From NCBI GenBank assembly GCA_003142255.1, contig PLLO01000018.1:193129-257128 (forward strand): a stretch of DNA of 64,000 bases. The letters run 5' to 3'. The notes beneath the pieces are model-generated. The model saw only the letters and a program-made list of their open reading frames with translations. It was not told the DNA's origin and did not search any database. The position numbers and the translations under genes were made by a program. The DNA comes from Bacteroidales bacterium (GTDB taxonomy: Bacteria; Bacteroidota; Bacteroidia; Bacteroidales; VadinHA17). This document shows positions 9,439 to 17,557 of this stretch, one piece after another; position 1 is the stretch's first letter; the number at the start of each line of letters is the position of its first letter.

Positions 9439-10200
9439 ATGTATGACCCACAAATAGGCCGATTTACCACCGTGGATCCACTGGCGGAAAAGTATGAATC
9501 TTGGTCAGTTTATCAATATGTGAGAAATAATCCTATTCTAAGAATTGATCCTAACGGTATGGATGATTATACTATAAATAAAAAGACAGGAGATGTAAAG
9601 TTATTAAAAGAAACAAAAGATAAAACTGACAGAGTCGTTAAAACTTATAGTAGAAAAAGCCGAGAAGGAGAAGTTAAAACAAATAGAAAAGGAGAAGCTA
9701 GAACTGCATTTGGTGGTATAGAGAAAGGTATTCTATCGGGTGTAACTAATTTTCGTACAAATGACAACATAATTGAGGTGGGAGGAGAAGGTCAAGCGTC
9801 CGTTGCAGGAGTAAAATCTTTTACATTACAGCTTTCAGAGTATGTTGGAAATGAAATTAAAGGTTTCTCGTATTCATCTAATGCTTCTGGAAATGTTACC
9901 GATATGGTATTAGGAAAATATATAAATAATGACCTCACGCATTCTTATGGTTCACCTCAAGAATTACGAAATAAATATGGAAATAGTTATTCTACTAATA
10001 ATATTATACAACAATTTCATACTCATCCTAATGGTATATTAGGTGCAACTGAATCTAATCCCGAACTTTCAACAGACGTTGAAAGACTTCAAACTGATAA
10101 GCCGCTTATACCCAATGCAAGTTTTATTATATTGTATAGAGTTATGGGCCAGGTAAAACCAGAAGAATACGATTATACTCATGAATATAGACCAAAATAA
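9439..10200 (+). CDS. Orphan RHS C-terminal toxin module, cassette 4, possible JAB/MPN-like (HxH) domain
   Basis: TAG then [32 protein letters not shown]. The tail has [12 protein letters not shown]. The domain call is weak. Confidence 0.7.
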   Translation: MYDPQIGRFTTVDPLAEKYESWSVYQYVRNNPILRIDPNGMDDYTINKKTGDVKLLKETKDKTDRVVKTYSRKSREGEVKTNRKGEARTAFGGIEKGILSGVTNFRTNDNIIEVGGEGQASVAGVKSFTLQLSEYVGNEIKGFSYSSNASGNVTDMVLGKYINNDLTHSYGSPQELRNKYGNSYSTNNIIQQFHTHPNGILGATESNPELSTDVERLQTDKPLIPNASFIILYRVMGQVKPEEYDYTHEYRPK

Positions 10201-10210
10201 AGGCAAGGAA

Positions 10211-10672
10211 ATGAAGAAATTATTAATTATTTTTATTGTACTCAGTGTTTCAACATGTGGTCTTTATTCTCAGAATAAAACAATTAAAGGAAGGGTAATT
10301 TCTGATCAATTTGATACTTCGTTAGAAGTGTTAATTATGATTAACGACACAGTTGAAGTTGGAAGAACAGATTTAAATGGTTTTTTCCAAATAGATATCC
10401 CTGTTTCTGTGAAAAAAATATTATTTAGGTCTATTGGACTGGATCCAACAATTATAGAGCTTGAAGATAAATGCGATGAAGTGGAAGTTGTAATGATGTT
10501 AGGCAGTACTGATGATTTTATAACTTTCAAGAAGGCAGATAGACTCCGAATGAAAAGATTTATGAAGCTGCCAGAATTACATAAAGAAGCATTTGAGAAA
10601 GGTATATTTAAAACAGATAAAGCTTGTTATAAACAAGAGTTTACGCCTTTTTATACTAAAAAACAAAAGTGA
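10211..10672 (+). CDS. Putative exported immunity protein, cassette 4
   Basis: MKKLLIIFIVLSVSTCGLYSQ signal. KTIKGRVISD..GRTDLNGFFQIDIP resembles a carboxypeptidase-regulatory-like fold. Confidence 0.6.
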   Translation: MKKLLIIFIVLSVSTCGLYSQNKTIKGRVISDQFDTSLEVLIMINDTVEVGRTDLNGFFQIDIPVSVKKILFRSIGLDPTIIELEDKCDEVEVVMMLGSTDDFITFKKADRLRMKRFMKLPELHKEAFEKGIFKTDKACYKQEFTPFYTKKQK

Positions 10673-10678
10673 TATTGT

Positions 10679-10715
10679 TAAAACAAAAGCCTGGCATATG
10701 TCGAGGCTTTTGTTT
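10679..10715. terminator. Hairpin terminator ending cassette 4
   Basis: Perfect 12-bp stem AAACAAAAGCCT..AGGCTTTTGTTT with flanking T/A runs. Confidence 0.7.
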
Positions 10716-10979
10716 TATAACGCAGCAATATTTTTAATTCTGATTTTTTGAATAAAAGCGTCAAGAGTAAAGAGTAAAGAGTACATGATCCTTCTCTACC
10801 GGTACCATCTTCTCGATATCATTTAATCTCTTGAGCATGCCCGGATCTTTAAGCACATTCTCCTGGCCAGTCTCATTTGGTAAGAAAACCTCGGCTATCT
10901 TTGTGAAATTGCTGAAAAACGTCTATTTTCATGCTTAAATCGAATATTTAGAAGCAATTCTGACACTTTAAACACCTCA

Positions 10980-10993
10980 AAAGTTCTTTGAAA
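10980..10993 (+). repeat. Junction 14-mer AAAGTTCTTTGAAA (cassette 5)
   Basis: Exact copy, 54 nt upstream of GTATGATTACGG. Confidence 0.8.
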
Positions 10994-11065
10994 ATGCATT
11001 TTTACGGAGTTAATAACTTGTAAACGAGAAGTGAGTGACCAGACTGGTATGATTACGGGGCTAGG

Positions 11066-11833
11066 ATGTACGACCCCGTGATTGCAAGATGGACAACACC
11101 TGACCCAATGGCTGAAAAAGCCAGAAGATGGAGCCCTTATAATTATACAATGAACAACCCCATGAGATTTATTGATCCAGATGGGATGAAAGTTACCGAA
11201 ACAGAGTTCGCTACAACTTATACTGGAGAAGATGCTGTCAATGAATTTAGAATATTACAGGAACAATATAATTCATCAGCAAGTGATCCTTGGGCGTCCA
11301 AATATTTTACTGTTCATCAAAAAGCTAATGAAAATGGTATTAAGAGAAATGGTGATCCTAAAGATTCGCATGAGAAGCAATTAATGAACCTTGAACTTGA
11401 TGCATTAAATGAAGGAACCGTTTATGCTGACGAAGATCAATTTCAAACTGGTGAGAATTCGTATAGACATGCTATGAGAAATTCGAATCAGACGGTTCAA
11501 CAAGCTATGGAGGAAGCGGATAAATTTGTTCGTAAGCAATTTGCTAAAGCTAAACAATTACTACTACAAGGGGAAACAGTAGAAGCATATAAAGAGTTTT
11601 CAATTGGATTGCATGCATTGCAGGATGCTACATCCCCCACCCATGCTGGATTTCAAATTTGGACAGGACATGAAATTATAGAGCAAAAGATAATTCATGT
11701 TAGCCAAGAATTATTCTATCCTGGTGCAAATAGTAATCTTCAAAAAGTTACGAATCAATATTTAGATTGGTTTCAAAAAAGCACAGAGCCCCTACCTAGT
11801 ACAAACTTATTTAGTGGAATTAATCATGATTAA
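11066..11833 (+). CDS. Orphan RHS C-terminal toxin module, cassette 5, HxxxDxxxPxH motif (zinc phospholipase C / P1 nuclease-like)
   Basis: Frame opens at 11045 after a TGA stop (11039-11041) and a PD dipeptide (11042-11047): [34 protein letters not shown]. The tail [15 protein letters not shown] matches the H-x3-D-x3-P-x-H spacing of Zn-dependent PLC. Confidence 0.7.
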   Translation: MYDPVIARWTTPDPMAEKARRWSPYNYTMNNPMRFIDPDGMKVTETEFATTYTGEDAVNEFRILQEQYNSSASDPWASKYFTVHQKANENGIKRNGDPKDSHEKQLMNLELDALNEGTVYADEDQFQTGENSYRHAMRNSNQTVQQAMEEADKFVRKQFAKAKQLLLQGETVEAYKEFSIGLHALQDATSPTHAGFQIWTGHEIIEQKIIHVSQELFYPGANSNLQKVTNQYLDWFQKSTEPLPSTNLFSGINHD

Positions 11834-11834
11834 T

Positions 11835-12179
11835 ATGAAAACAATAGCATTCCTGTTAATTGTCTACATAGTTTTTTTAATCTCATCATACTATTTTAGA
11901 AATAAAATGATTTATGTAAAATCTAAATGGCTTTATTTATTCATTCTAGCTTATTTAATAGCCATAAACTTTTACTATGAATTATTTAACCAATTAGATG
12001 AATTTCTTACAAATAAGAAAATATACTTGGAATTAGGGCATGCCAATATTTTACTATTATTATTATACTTATTTTCTAATCTTACTGCAATAGCAATTAT
12101 TATTAGTATTTTTTATAAAAGGAGGAAAATATTTTCTGATTCATTTTCGGATACAAATTCAAATCCACCAAGAAGCTAA
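11835..12179 (+). CDS. Putative membrane immunity protein, cassette 5
   Basis: ORF 11814-12179. MKTIAFLLIVYIVFLISS plus at least two more hydrophobic spans. Abuts the toxin stop. Confidence 0.55.
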   Translation: MKTIAFLLIVYIVFLISSYYFRNKMIYVKSKWLYLFILAYLIAINFYYELFNQLDEFLTNKKIYLELGHANILLLLLYLFSNLTAIAIIISIFYKRRKIFSDSFSDTNSNPPRS

Positions 12180-12253
12180 GTGCCAATTATAGCTATTTCT
12201 AAAGGTAAGTTGGAAAATTTTGTTGAAATGTTATAACCATAAAACACCATAAA

Positions 12254-12284
12254 CACGGAAACCGGTTCATCGCCGATTTTCGTG
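12254..12284. terminator. Hairpin terminator ending cassette 5
   Basis: CACGGAAA..TTTTCGTG. Confidence 0.5.
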
Positions 12285-12392
12285 CAACACAGAGTGGCAA
12301 TATTTTAAGCTTTATCTTCTGAATCAGGGCGTCAATGGCAAAGAGAACATGACCCTTCTCTGTTGGTGCCATCTTCTCGATATCATTTAATG

Positions 12393-12710
12393 CTAAATAT
12401 ACCTGGCAGTTTTTTCTTCCCAGATTTTTGGATTACGGTGGGTGCTTATAACTGCCAATACTTCAACAACGTTGGTTTCTTCGTTAATATAGAAATGCAC
12501 CATATATGGGAATTTCTTAATAAGCATACACCGGATATCTTTGTAACGGGTAGCATAAATTTGCGGGTCTTTGCTAAGACTGTTAATTTGTTTTATTGTA
12601 GTCTCAAGAAATCTTTTCCCAAGCTTTGTCAGCGCTTCATTGTACCAGTCAGTAATCCCCTGGATATCTGCGAGTGCTTCCGGATCAATCTTTACTTTAA
12701 ACCTCTTCAT
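12393..12710 (-). CDS. Type II toxin, RelE/ParE family
   Basis: 105 aa. Paired with the upstream small gene by a 1-nt overlap. Typical ParE-like layout (FKVKIDPEALADIQGITDWY..VVEVLAVISTHRNP). Confidence 0.75.
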   Translation of the reverse strand: MKRFKVKIDPEALADIQGITDWYNEALTKLGKRFLETTIKQINSLSKDPQIYATRYKDIRCMLIKKFPYMVHFYINEETNVVEVLAVISTHRNPKIWEEKTARYI

Positions 12711-12943
12711 CAGACTTTCAGCGATTTCTTAGCTTCATCCCAATCCAAAAGTCTTTCCGGGTTCTTTCTTACTTTATCAAAACGGTCCATTACCAGTTTT
12801 TGATGAGCTTCAGGAATGTCAAAAACTTCTTTTTCTTTTTTTAAAGCATAATCAAGCATGCTTTTAATAGCATTAATCAGGTTTACATCATCCACCTGTT
12901 TAAACTGCTTTATTATTATCGCTTTTTGTGTTTGTACGTTCAT
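12710..12943 (-). CDS. Type II antitoxin (addiction-module component)
   Basis: 77 aa, immediately upstream of and overlapping the ParE-like gene. Confidence 0.65.
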   Translation of the reverse strand: MNVQTQKAIIIKQFKQVDDVNLINAIKSMLDYALKKEKEVFDIPEAHQKLVMDRFDKVRKNPERLLDWDEAKKSLKV

Positions 12944-13285
12944 GGCAGTAATATTACCTGGTTAAATAGCAAATATTCTTATCCCTGCAACTTCTCTTAT
13001 AGTTTATCAATCACCATAAAGAATCAATAGTTGCTGGTTTAGGACAAAATTAGTTAATTCTAAGATTATAATAAAATCAAATAAATCTGTAGTGCCTTTT
13101 ACTCGCTTTGTTCTTGAGGCCGCGACACTTTAAAGCATATCTCGGTTCATTGGTTCATTATTATGGCTACCTTCTTTAGTTTTTCTGCTTTGAGATCTTC
13201 TTTAATAGAATTATTGGTCAAAAATTCGCTATTTTCACTCCAGAAAACAGCTTCGGAACTGATTTTCGCTCTGTTTTTAATGTAA

Positions 13286-13299
13286 AAAGTTCTTTGAAA
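13286..13299 (+). repeat. Junction 14-mer AAAGTTCTTTGAAA (cassette 6)
   Basis: Exact copy, 54 nt upstream of GTATGATTACGG. Confidence 0.8.
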
Positions 13300-13398
13300 A
13301 TGTATTTTTACGGAGTTAATAACTTGTAAACCAGAAGTGAGTGACCAGATTGGTATGATTACGGAGCAAGATTTTATGATGCCCAGATTGGATGGTGG

Positions 13399-14136
13399 AT
13401 GACCGTGGATCCGCTGGCTGAAACTTTCAGAAAATGGAGTCCGTATACATATGCTGTTGATAATCCAATCAGGTTTATTGATCCTGATGGCATGGGAGTA
13501 AGTTTAGGTGGAGGGCAATACGGAGGTGATTTGTACACTGGTATAGATGCACAAAATTTGTTTAGAGAATTGCAAACTCAATCTATCTCTAATAATCAGG
13601 ATCAGCAAGATGATAAGAAACAGAAAGAGGATAAACCTAATCCAGATGATCATCCTCTAATGAAAAACGCTGTAGAAATGGGATTAATGGCTAAAGATGC
13701 AATAAATTTTTACAGTGATCTATTAGGAGGACCAGAGGGTAGTACTATTGATAAATTAATATTCTGGACTAAGATATATTTGTATGGTAAAATTTTTAGT
13801 CTCTTCGGTGATGCAGCTTCAACTCAAACTGAGGAAATTGCAAATGAAGAAAAACTCTTTAGACCTGGTGGTAAATTAGTTGGTGAACAAATTGGTGAAA
13901 ACCCTCTAATAAGAACTGTAACAAAAGAAGAGGCAGAAAATATAATAAATAATCTAATAAAATGTGGTGCTAAAGCTGTACCAAAACCAGGTTATGAGGG
14001 AACATGGTATGAATTACCAAGCGGAGGTGGATTCGGCGTAAGAAATTCAGTTTCGGACCTATCAAGAAGTTTAGGGAGTTCAAATGCTATAGATCTAGAT
14101 ATTTTGGGAATACCACTTAAAAACATAAAATTTTAA
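13399..14136 (+). CDS. Orphan RHS C-terminal toxin module, cassette 6, unassigned toxin domain
   Basis: Frame opens at 13345 after a TGA: [35 protein letters not shown]. The tail has no motif I can name. Confidence 0.7.
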   Translation: MTVDPLAETFRKWSPYTYAVDNPIRFIDPDGMGVSLGGGQYGGDLYTGIDAQNLFRELQTQSISNNQDQQDDKKQKEDKPNPDDHPLMKNAVEMGLMAKDAINFYSDLLGGPEGSTIDKLIFWTKIYLYGKIFSLFGDAASTQTEEIANEEKLFRPGGKLVGEQIGENPLIRTVTKEEAENIINNLIKCGAKAVPKPGYEGTWYELPSGGGFGVRNSVSDLSRSLGSSNAIDLDILGIPLKNIKF

Positions 14137-14435
14137 TGGTAAAATTCGTCGATTTTGAGAAGGAATGCATTGAGCATATGGATATTGATTATATGCCACT
14201 CAATGACATAGTTAGAGCAGTTTCTGGCTTTTATCATCGTCCAACAGAAGATGAGTTTTTAACTGCTTTATCTTACCTCATACGTTTAATTGAAAAACAC
14301 CACCTTAAGGTAATAGAAGGTCCAGAAATGAAGGTTACCGAAAAAAAAATAGAAAATCTTTTAGACTGGATAAAACAAAAATGGTATTTAGGTCAGTATG
14401 ATGATATTAATTATGGCATATGGTTTGAAAAATGA
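14136..14435 (+). CDS. Putative immunity protein, cassette 6 (cytoplasmic, 99 aa)
   Basis: TAATG overlap with the toxin stop. No signal peptide. Confidence 0.6.
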   Translation: MVKFVDFEKECIEHMDIDYMPLNDIVRAVSGFYHRPTEDEFLTALSYLIRLIEKHHLKVIEGPEMKVTEKKIENLLDWIKQKWYLGQYDDINYGIWFEK

Positions 14436-14484
14436 ATTATTAATATAAGTGCATAAGGACTGGCCTATATTTATTTTTAATTAA

Positions 14485-14521
14485 AATAACAAAGCCCGGA
14501 TTGTTCCGGGTTTTGTTATTT
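14485..14521. terminator. Hairpin terminator ending cassette 6
   Basis: AATAACAAAGCCCGGA ttgt TCCGGGTTTTGTTATT. Confidence 0.7.
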
Positions 14522-14557
14522 ATAGAACAGCAATATTTTTGATCTTTGAATACTTTA

Positions 14558-14908
14558 TTATTTCACTTTTCTTAGACTTTTAATCCTTGATGGCCTGCGG
14601 TGACCATGAATAATACCAAGAATTACGATTTCGGAAGGTTTTATTTTATAGATAATGAGCCAACTAAGGCAAACAGCTTTACGGTATATTTTCTTAACAG
14701 TAGGAATTTCTTCACACTCACGGAATGCAAGTGGGCTATTTTCGATACGGTCAAAGGTCTTTAAAATCTCATCACCCACATGGATGGCGTTTAAAGGCTC
14801 GTGCATGATGTAGGCAATATAGCCGGTAATGTTATCTAGGTTCTGTAAAGCGTGTTCGGTTACCCTTAACGTATAAGTTTCTCGAGCTTCTTCTTTTGTT
14901 CTGCCCAT
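14558..14908 (-). CDS. Type II toxin, RelE/ParE family
   Basis: 116 aa, YTLRVTEHALQNLDNITGYI..IVILGIIHGHRRP. Overlaps the upstream small gene. Confidence 0.7.
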   Translation of the reverse strand: MGRTKEEARETYTLRVTEHALQNLDNITGYIAYIMHEPLNAIHVGDEILKTFDRIENSPLAFRECEEIPTVKKIYRKAVCLSWLIIYKIKPSEIVILGIIHGHRRPSRIKSLRKVK

Positions 14909-15117
14909 CTTTGTTTGGCATCAGTTATACTCACAGTCGGGGAGTTTTCGGCATACTTTACCCACTTTCTGAAATCTTCTTCGCTTATAGGGTCGCCAGG
15001 CAAAGAATATGAGGTTAAATCCGATTCTTTCAAAATCCTTATTAAATGCTTATCCTCTAGATTCTGCAAAGCTTTTAAAGAATTGTTTGCTGTAAGTTCT
15101 ATTGTTAGTTTTTGCAT
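14866..15117 (-). CDS. Type II antitoxin partner
   Basis: 83 aa, upstream of and overlapping the ParE-like gene. Confidence 0.6.
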   Translation of the reverse strand: MQKLTIELTANNSLKALQNLEDKHLIRILKESDLTSYSLPGDPISEEDFRKWVKYAENSPTVSITDAKQRWAEQKKKLEKLIR

Positions 15118-15306
15118 TGAGATTAAATTTTAACCCTGGCCAACCTGCCTGTTTTTACAAAGATATACTATCAATATTTATAAACAAAGTACTCAGAGCT
15201 GATTCATTTTAAACTACTGTTAATCAAAAGGTCCGATATCGAAGAACTATCCTTTAAGCCTAATTTGTGTTTTATGTAATTATGAGCCTATTTTTTTATT
15301 AACTAA

Positions 15307-16281
15307 ATGAATGATAAAATGGAAAGCCTACTAATTACGCATGAATTTAGTGACGCCAATTTGGATCAGAAATATTCTAACAGGCATCTTGAATTGCGAT
15401 CAGAAGAATTTATCAGCCATATTCATGGTTATGAACAATGGTTGAGGGTTTTGGGATATGCTGCAAGTACAGTTTATAACTTTCCGGCATATCTCAGGGC
15501 ATTTTTATTCTTTCTGGAGAATAAAAATGTTCTGAAGTTAAGCAAGGTTAAATATAATTATGTTAAACAGTTCTTTGCCTATTTGTCTCAAAAAGTAAGT
15601 GAACAGACAGGAAAGCCACTTTCCCGAAATTATCAACTGAATCACCTGAATGCTTTAAAAAGATTCAGCAGGTATTTGTTGGAGTGTCATGGCATATTTC
15701 TGGACTGCACAGCTACAGTTATTAGAAAAATGGTATCTGAAAGAACATGGTTGACCAAAACACAGATAGAGTCTCTTTATTATTCATGTAACTCTGGTAG
15801 CTCGGGAGTTATGAATAGGGCAATACTATCCGTATATTATGGTCTGGGTCTTCGCAGATCAGAAGGTATTGCTTTGGATATAGATGATATTCAGGTTTCA
15901 AATGGGGTAGTTTATATCAGAAAAGGCAAGAATAGCAAAGAACGATATGTTCCAATGAATGACTCTGTCCAAAGGGACATTGGAAAGTACATCTCTCAGG
16001 TGAGGAAGATACTTTTAAATGGCACAAATCATAAAGAGGACAAGGCATTATTCATATCAGAAAGAGGTCAAAGAATTACAGGTAATGCAGTATATGAAAG
16101 ATTGCAGCACCTTGCCCGTTCTGCGGATATTAGTCTTCCTCTTTCCCTACATTCTCTAAGGCATAGTATTGCAACTCACTTACTCAATGCAGGAATGCGA
16201 CTTGAAAACATAAGTATTTTCCTTGGTCACAGTAGTTTGGAAAGTACTCAAATATACACTCATCTTATCCACCAAAAATGA
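15307..16281 (+). CDS. Tyrosine recombinase, XerC/XerD-like (first of a coupled pair)
   Basis: Catalytic boxes GLRRSE, HSLRHSIATHLL and LGHSSLESTQIYTH. Confidence 0.85.
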   Translation: MNDKMESLLITHEFSDANLDQKYSNRHLELRSEEFISHIHGYEQWLRVLGYAASTVYNFPAYLRAFLFFLENKNVLKLSKVKYNYVKQFFAYLSQKVSEQTGKPLSRNYQLNHLNALKRFSRYLLECHGIFLDCTATVIRKMVSERTWLTKTQIESLYYSCNSGSSGVMNRAILSVYYGLGLRRSEGIALDIDDIQVSNGVVYIRKGKNSKERYVPMNDSVQRDIGKYISQVRKILLNGTNHKEDKALFISERGQRITGNAVYERLQHLARSADISLPLSLHSLRHSIATHLLNAGMRLENISIFLGHSSLESTQIYTHLIHQK

Positions 16282-17216
16282 TAATGGCTATGAAAACCTT
16301 TCACAATTACCTTAAAAATAAGGGATTCGCAGTATCGACCATCACTCAACATGAACGGAATATTTCATTGTTCTTTCCCTGGTTATCTGCTAATTCAATT
16401 GATATTAAGCGATGTAACTATTCTGAACTAGTTCGTTTTATTGATGAATCATTAAGTTCAAATCTCATCTTACAGAAGAAACGAAGTCATATCAACAGAG
16501 TCTTGACTTCGATCACTTATTATTTCGATTACTTATCGGAAAGGAATCCCTCAGTTCTTAATCCTGCAAAAAATATCAGAATCAGGAATAATAATAAGAG
16601 ACTCGTACATGATTTATTGGATTATAACGAGCTTATGACACTCTATAAACGGTATATTCCTGAAACTCCAAGGTATGTCAGGAATCAGGTAATATTCGGC
16701 TTTCTGATCTGTCAGGGCATGACAGTCCGTGAATTACATAATTTAAAGTTAAACGATTTAAATCTTCGTGAAGGATCCATTCTCATTCGAGGAGATAATC
16801 CAAGAGCATTAAGAAAAGGAACAACCTCAAGGAAGTTACCGCTTGAAGCAGTCCAGGTAATTGATCTACTGGAATACCTTAAGAATATCCGTTCAAAGAT
16901 TCTTATCGGTAAATATCTGAAAACATCCGGTAGAAAGCCTAAAAGAGGGAATAGGAAGAGAAGAACGGATCAGGTATTATTAAGCATGAATGGATCCCCT
17001 TATCTTAAAAATAGTCTTCATCACCTGTTTATAGATTTGAAAAGATCAAGTTTACAAATAAGAAGTGCACGACAGCTTCGGCAAAGTCTCATTGCTCATT
17101 GGCTAACACAATTTAACCTGAGGAAGGTTCAATATATGGCCGGGCACAGATATGTCAGTAGTACAGAATGGTATAAATATAATACTCCCGTAAACCTGGG
17201 CCAGGGGTTTAGTTAA
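16278..17216 (+). CDS. Tyrosine recombinase-like protein (second of pair); 3' end lies inside the IS3 terminal repeat
   Basis: ATGA overlap with the first recombinase. Boxes TVRELHNL, ARQLRQSLIAHWL (His replaced by Arg/Gln) and MAGHRYVSSTEWY. The last 12 codons fall within the IS left end. Confidence 0.75.
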   Translation: MIMAMKTFHNYLKNKGFAVSTITQHERNISLFFPWLSANSIDIKRCNYSELVRFIDESLSSNLILQKKRSHINRVLTSITYYFDYLSERNPSVLNPAKNIRIRNNNKRLVHDLLDYNELMTLYKRYIPETPRYVRNQVIFGFLICQGMTVRELHNLKLNDLNLREGSILIRGDNPRALRKGTTSRKLPLEAVQVIDLLEYLKNIRSKILIGKYLKTSGRKPKRGNRKRRTDQVLLSMNGSPYLKNSLHHLFIDLKRSSLQIRSARQLRQSLIAHWLTQFNLRKVQYMAGHRYVSSTEWYKYNTPVNLGQGFS

Positions 17217-17242
17217 AAGAAAGAATTAATTTTACTAAACCT

Positions 17243-17557
17243 ATGACAAAACAATCACGACGCAAATTCAGTGCGGACTTCAAGGCCAAAGTTGCCTTAG
17301 AAGCCATTAAAAATCAGAAGACTCTGGCAGAGCTGAGTCAACAGTTTGAGATAAACTCAGTGACGATATCAAAATGGAAGGCCGAGTTTTTAGAGAACAT
17401 GGCAATAATTTTTGAGAATGGACATGAAAAGAAAGTGAATCAGGACTCTCCAGATCTTGACCAACTTTATGCCCAGATAGGGCAACTCAAGGTAGAGAAT
17501 GACTTTTTAAAAAAAAGTGCCAGGAAACTGGGGATATCCGACAACGTATGGAAATGA
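17243..17557 (+). CDS. IS3-family transposase OrfA (HTH)
   Basis: RRKFSADFKAKVALEAIK..LAELSQQFEI plus a leucine-zipper-like end. Confidence 0.85.
   Translation: MTKQSRRKFSADFKAKVALEAIKNQKTLAELSQQFEINSVTISKWKAEFLENMAIIFENGHEKKVNQDSPDLDQLYAQIGQLKVENDFLKKSARKLGISDNVWK
17509..17517 (+). promoter_or_regulatory. Programmed -1 frameshift slippery site A AAA AAA G
   Basis: A8G run in the orfA/orfB overlap. orfB is in the -1 frame and is open from here. Confidence 0.7.

Noticed and set aside
9268-9453. 61-aa minus-strand ORFs in the spacers (also 19957-20142)
   Set aside because: They run across junction repeats and decayed gene remnants in mixed frames. I treat them as remnants rather than intact genes.
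12363-12803. 146-aa plus-strand ORF
   Set aside because: It is antisense to the ParE-like and antitoxin pair, which has clear family features and operon structure.
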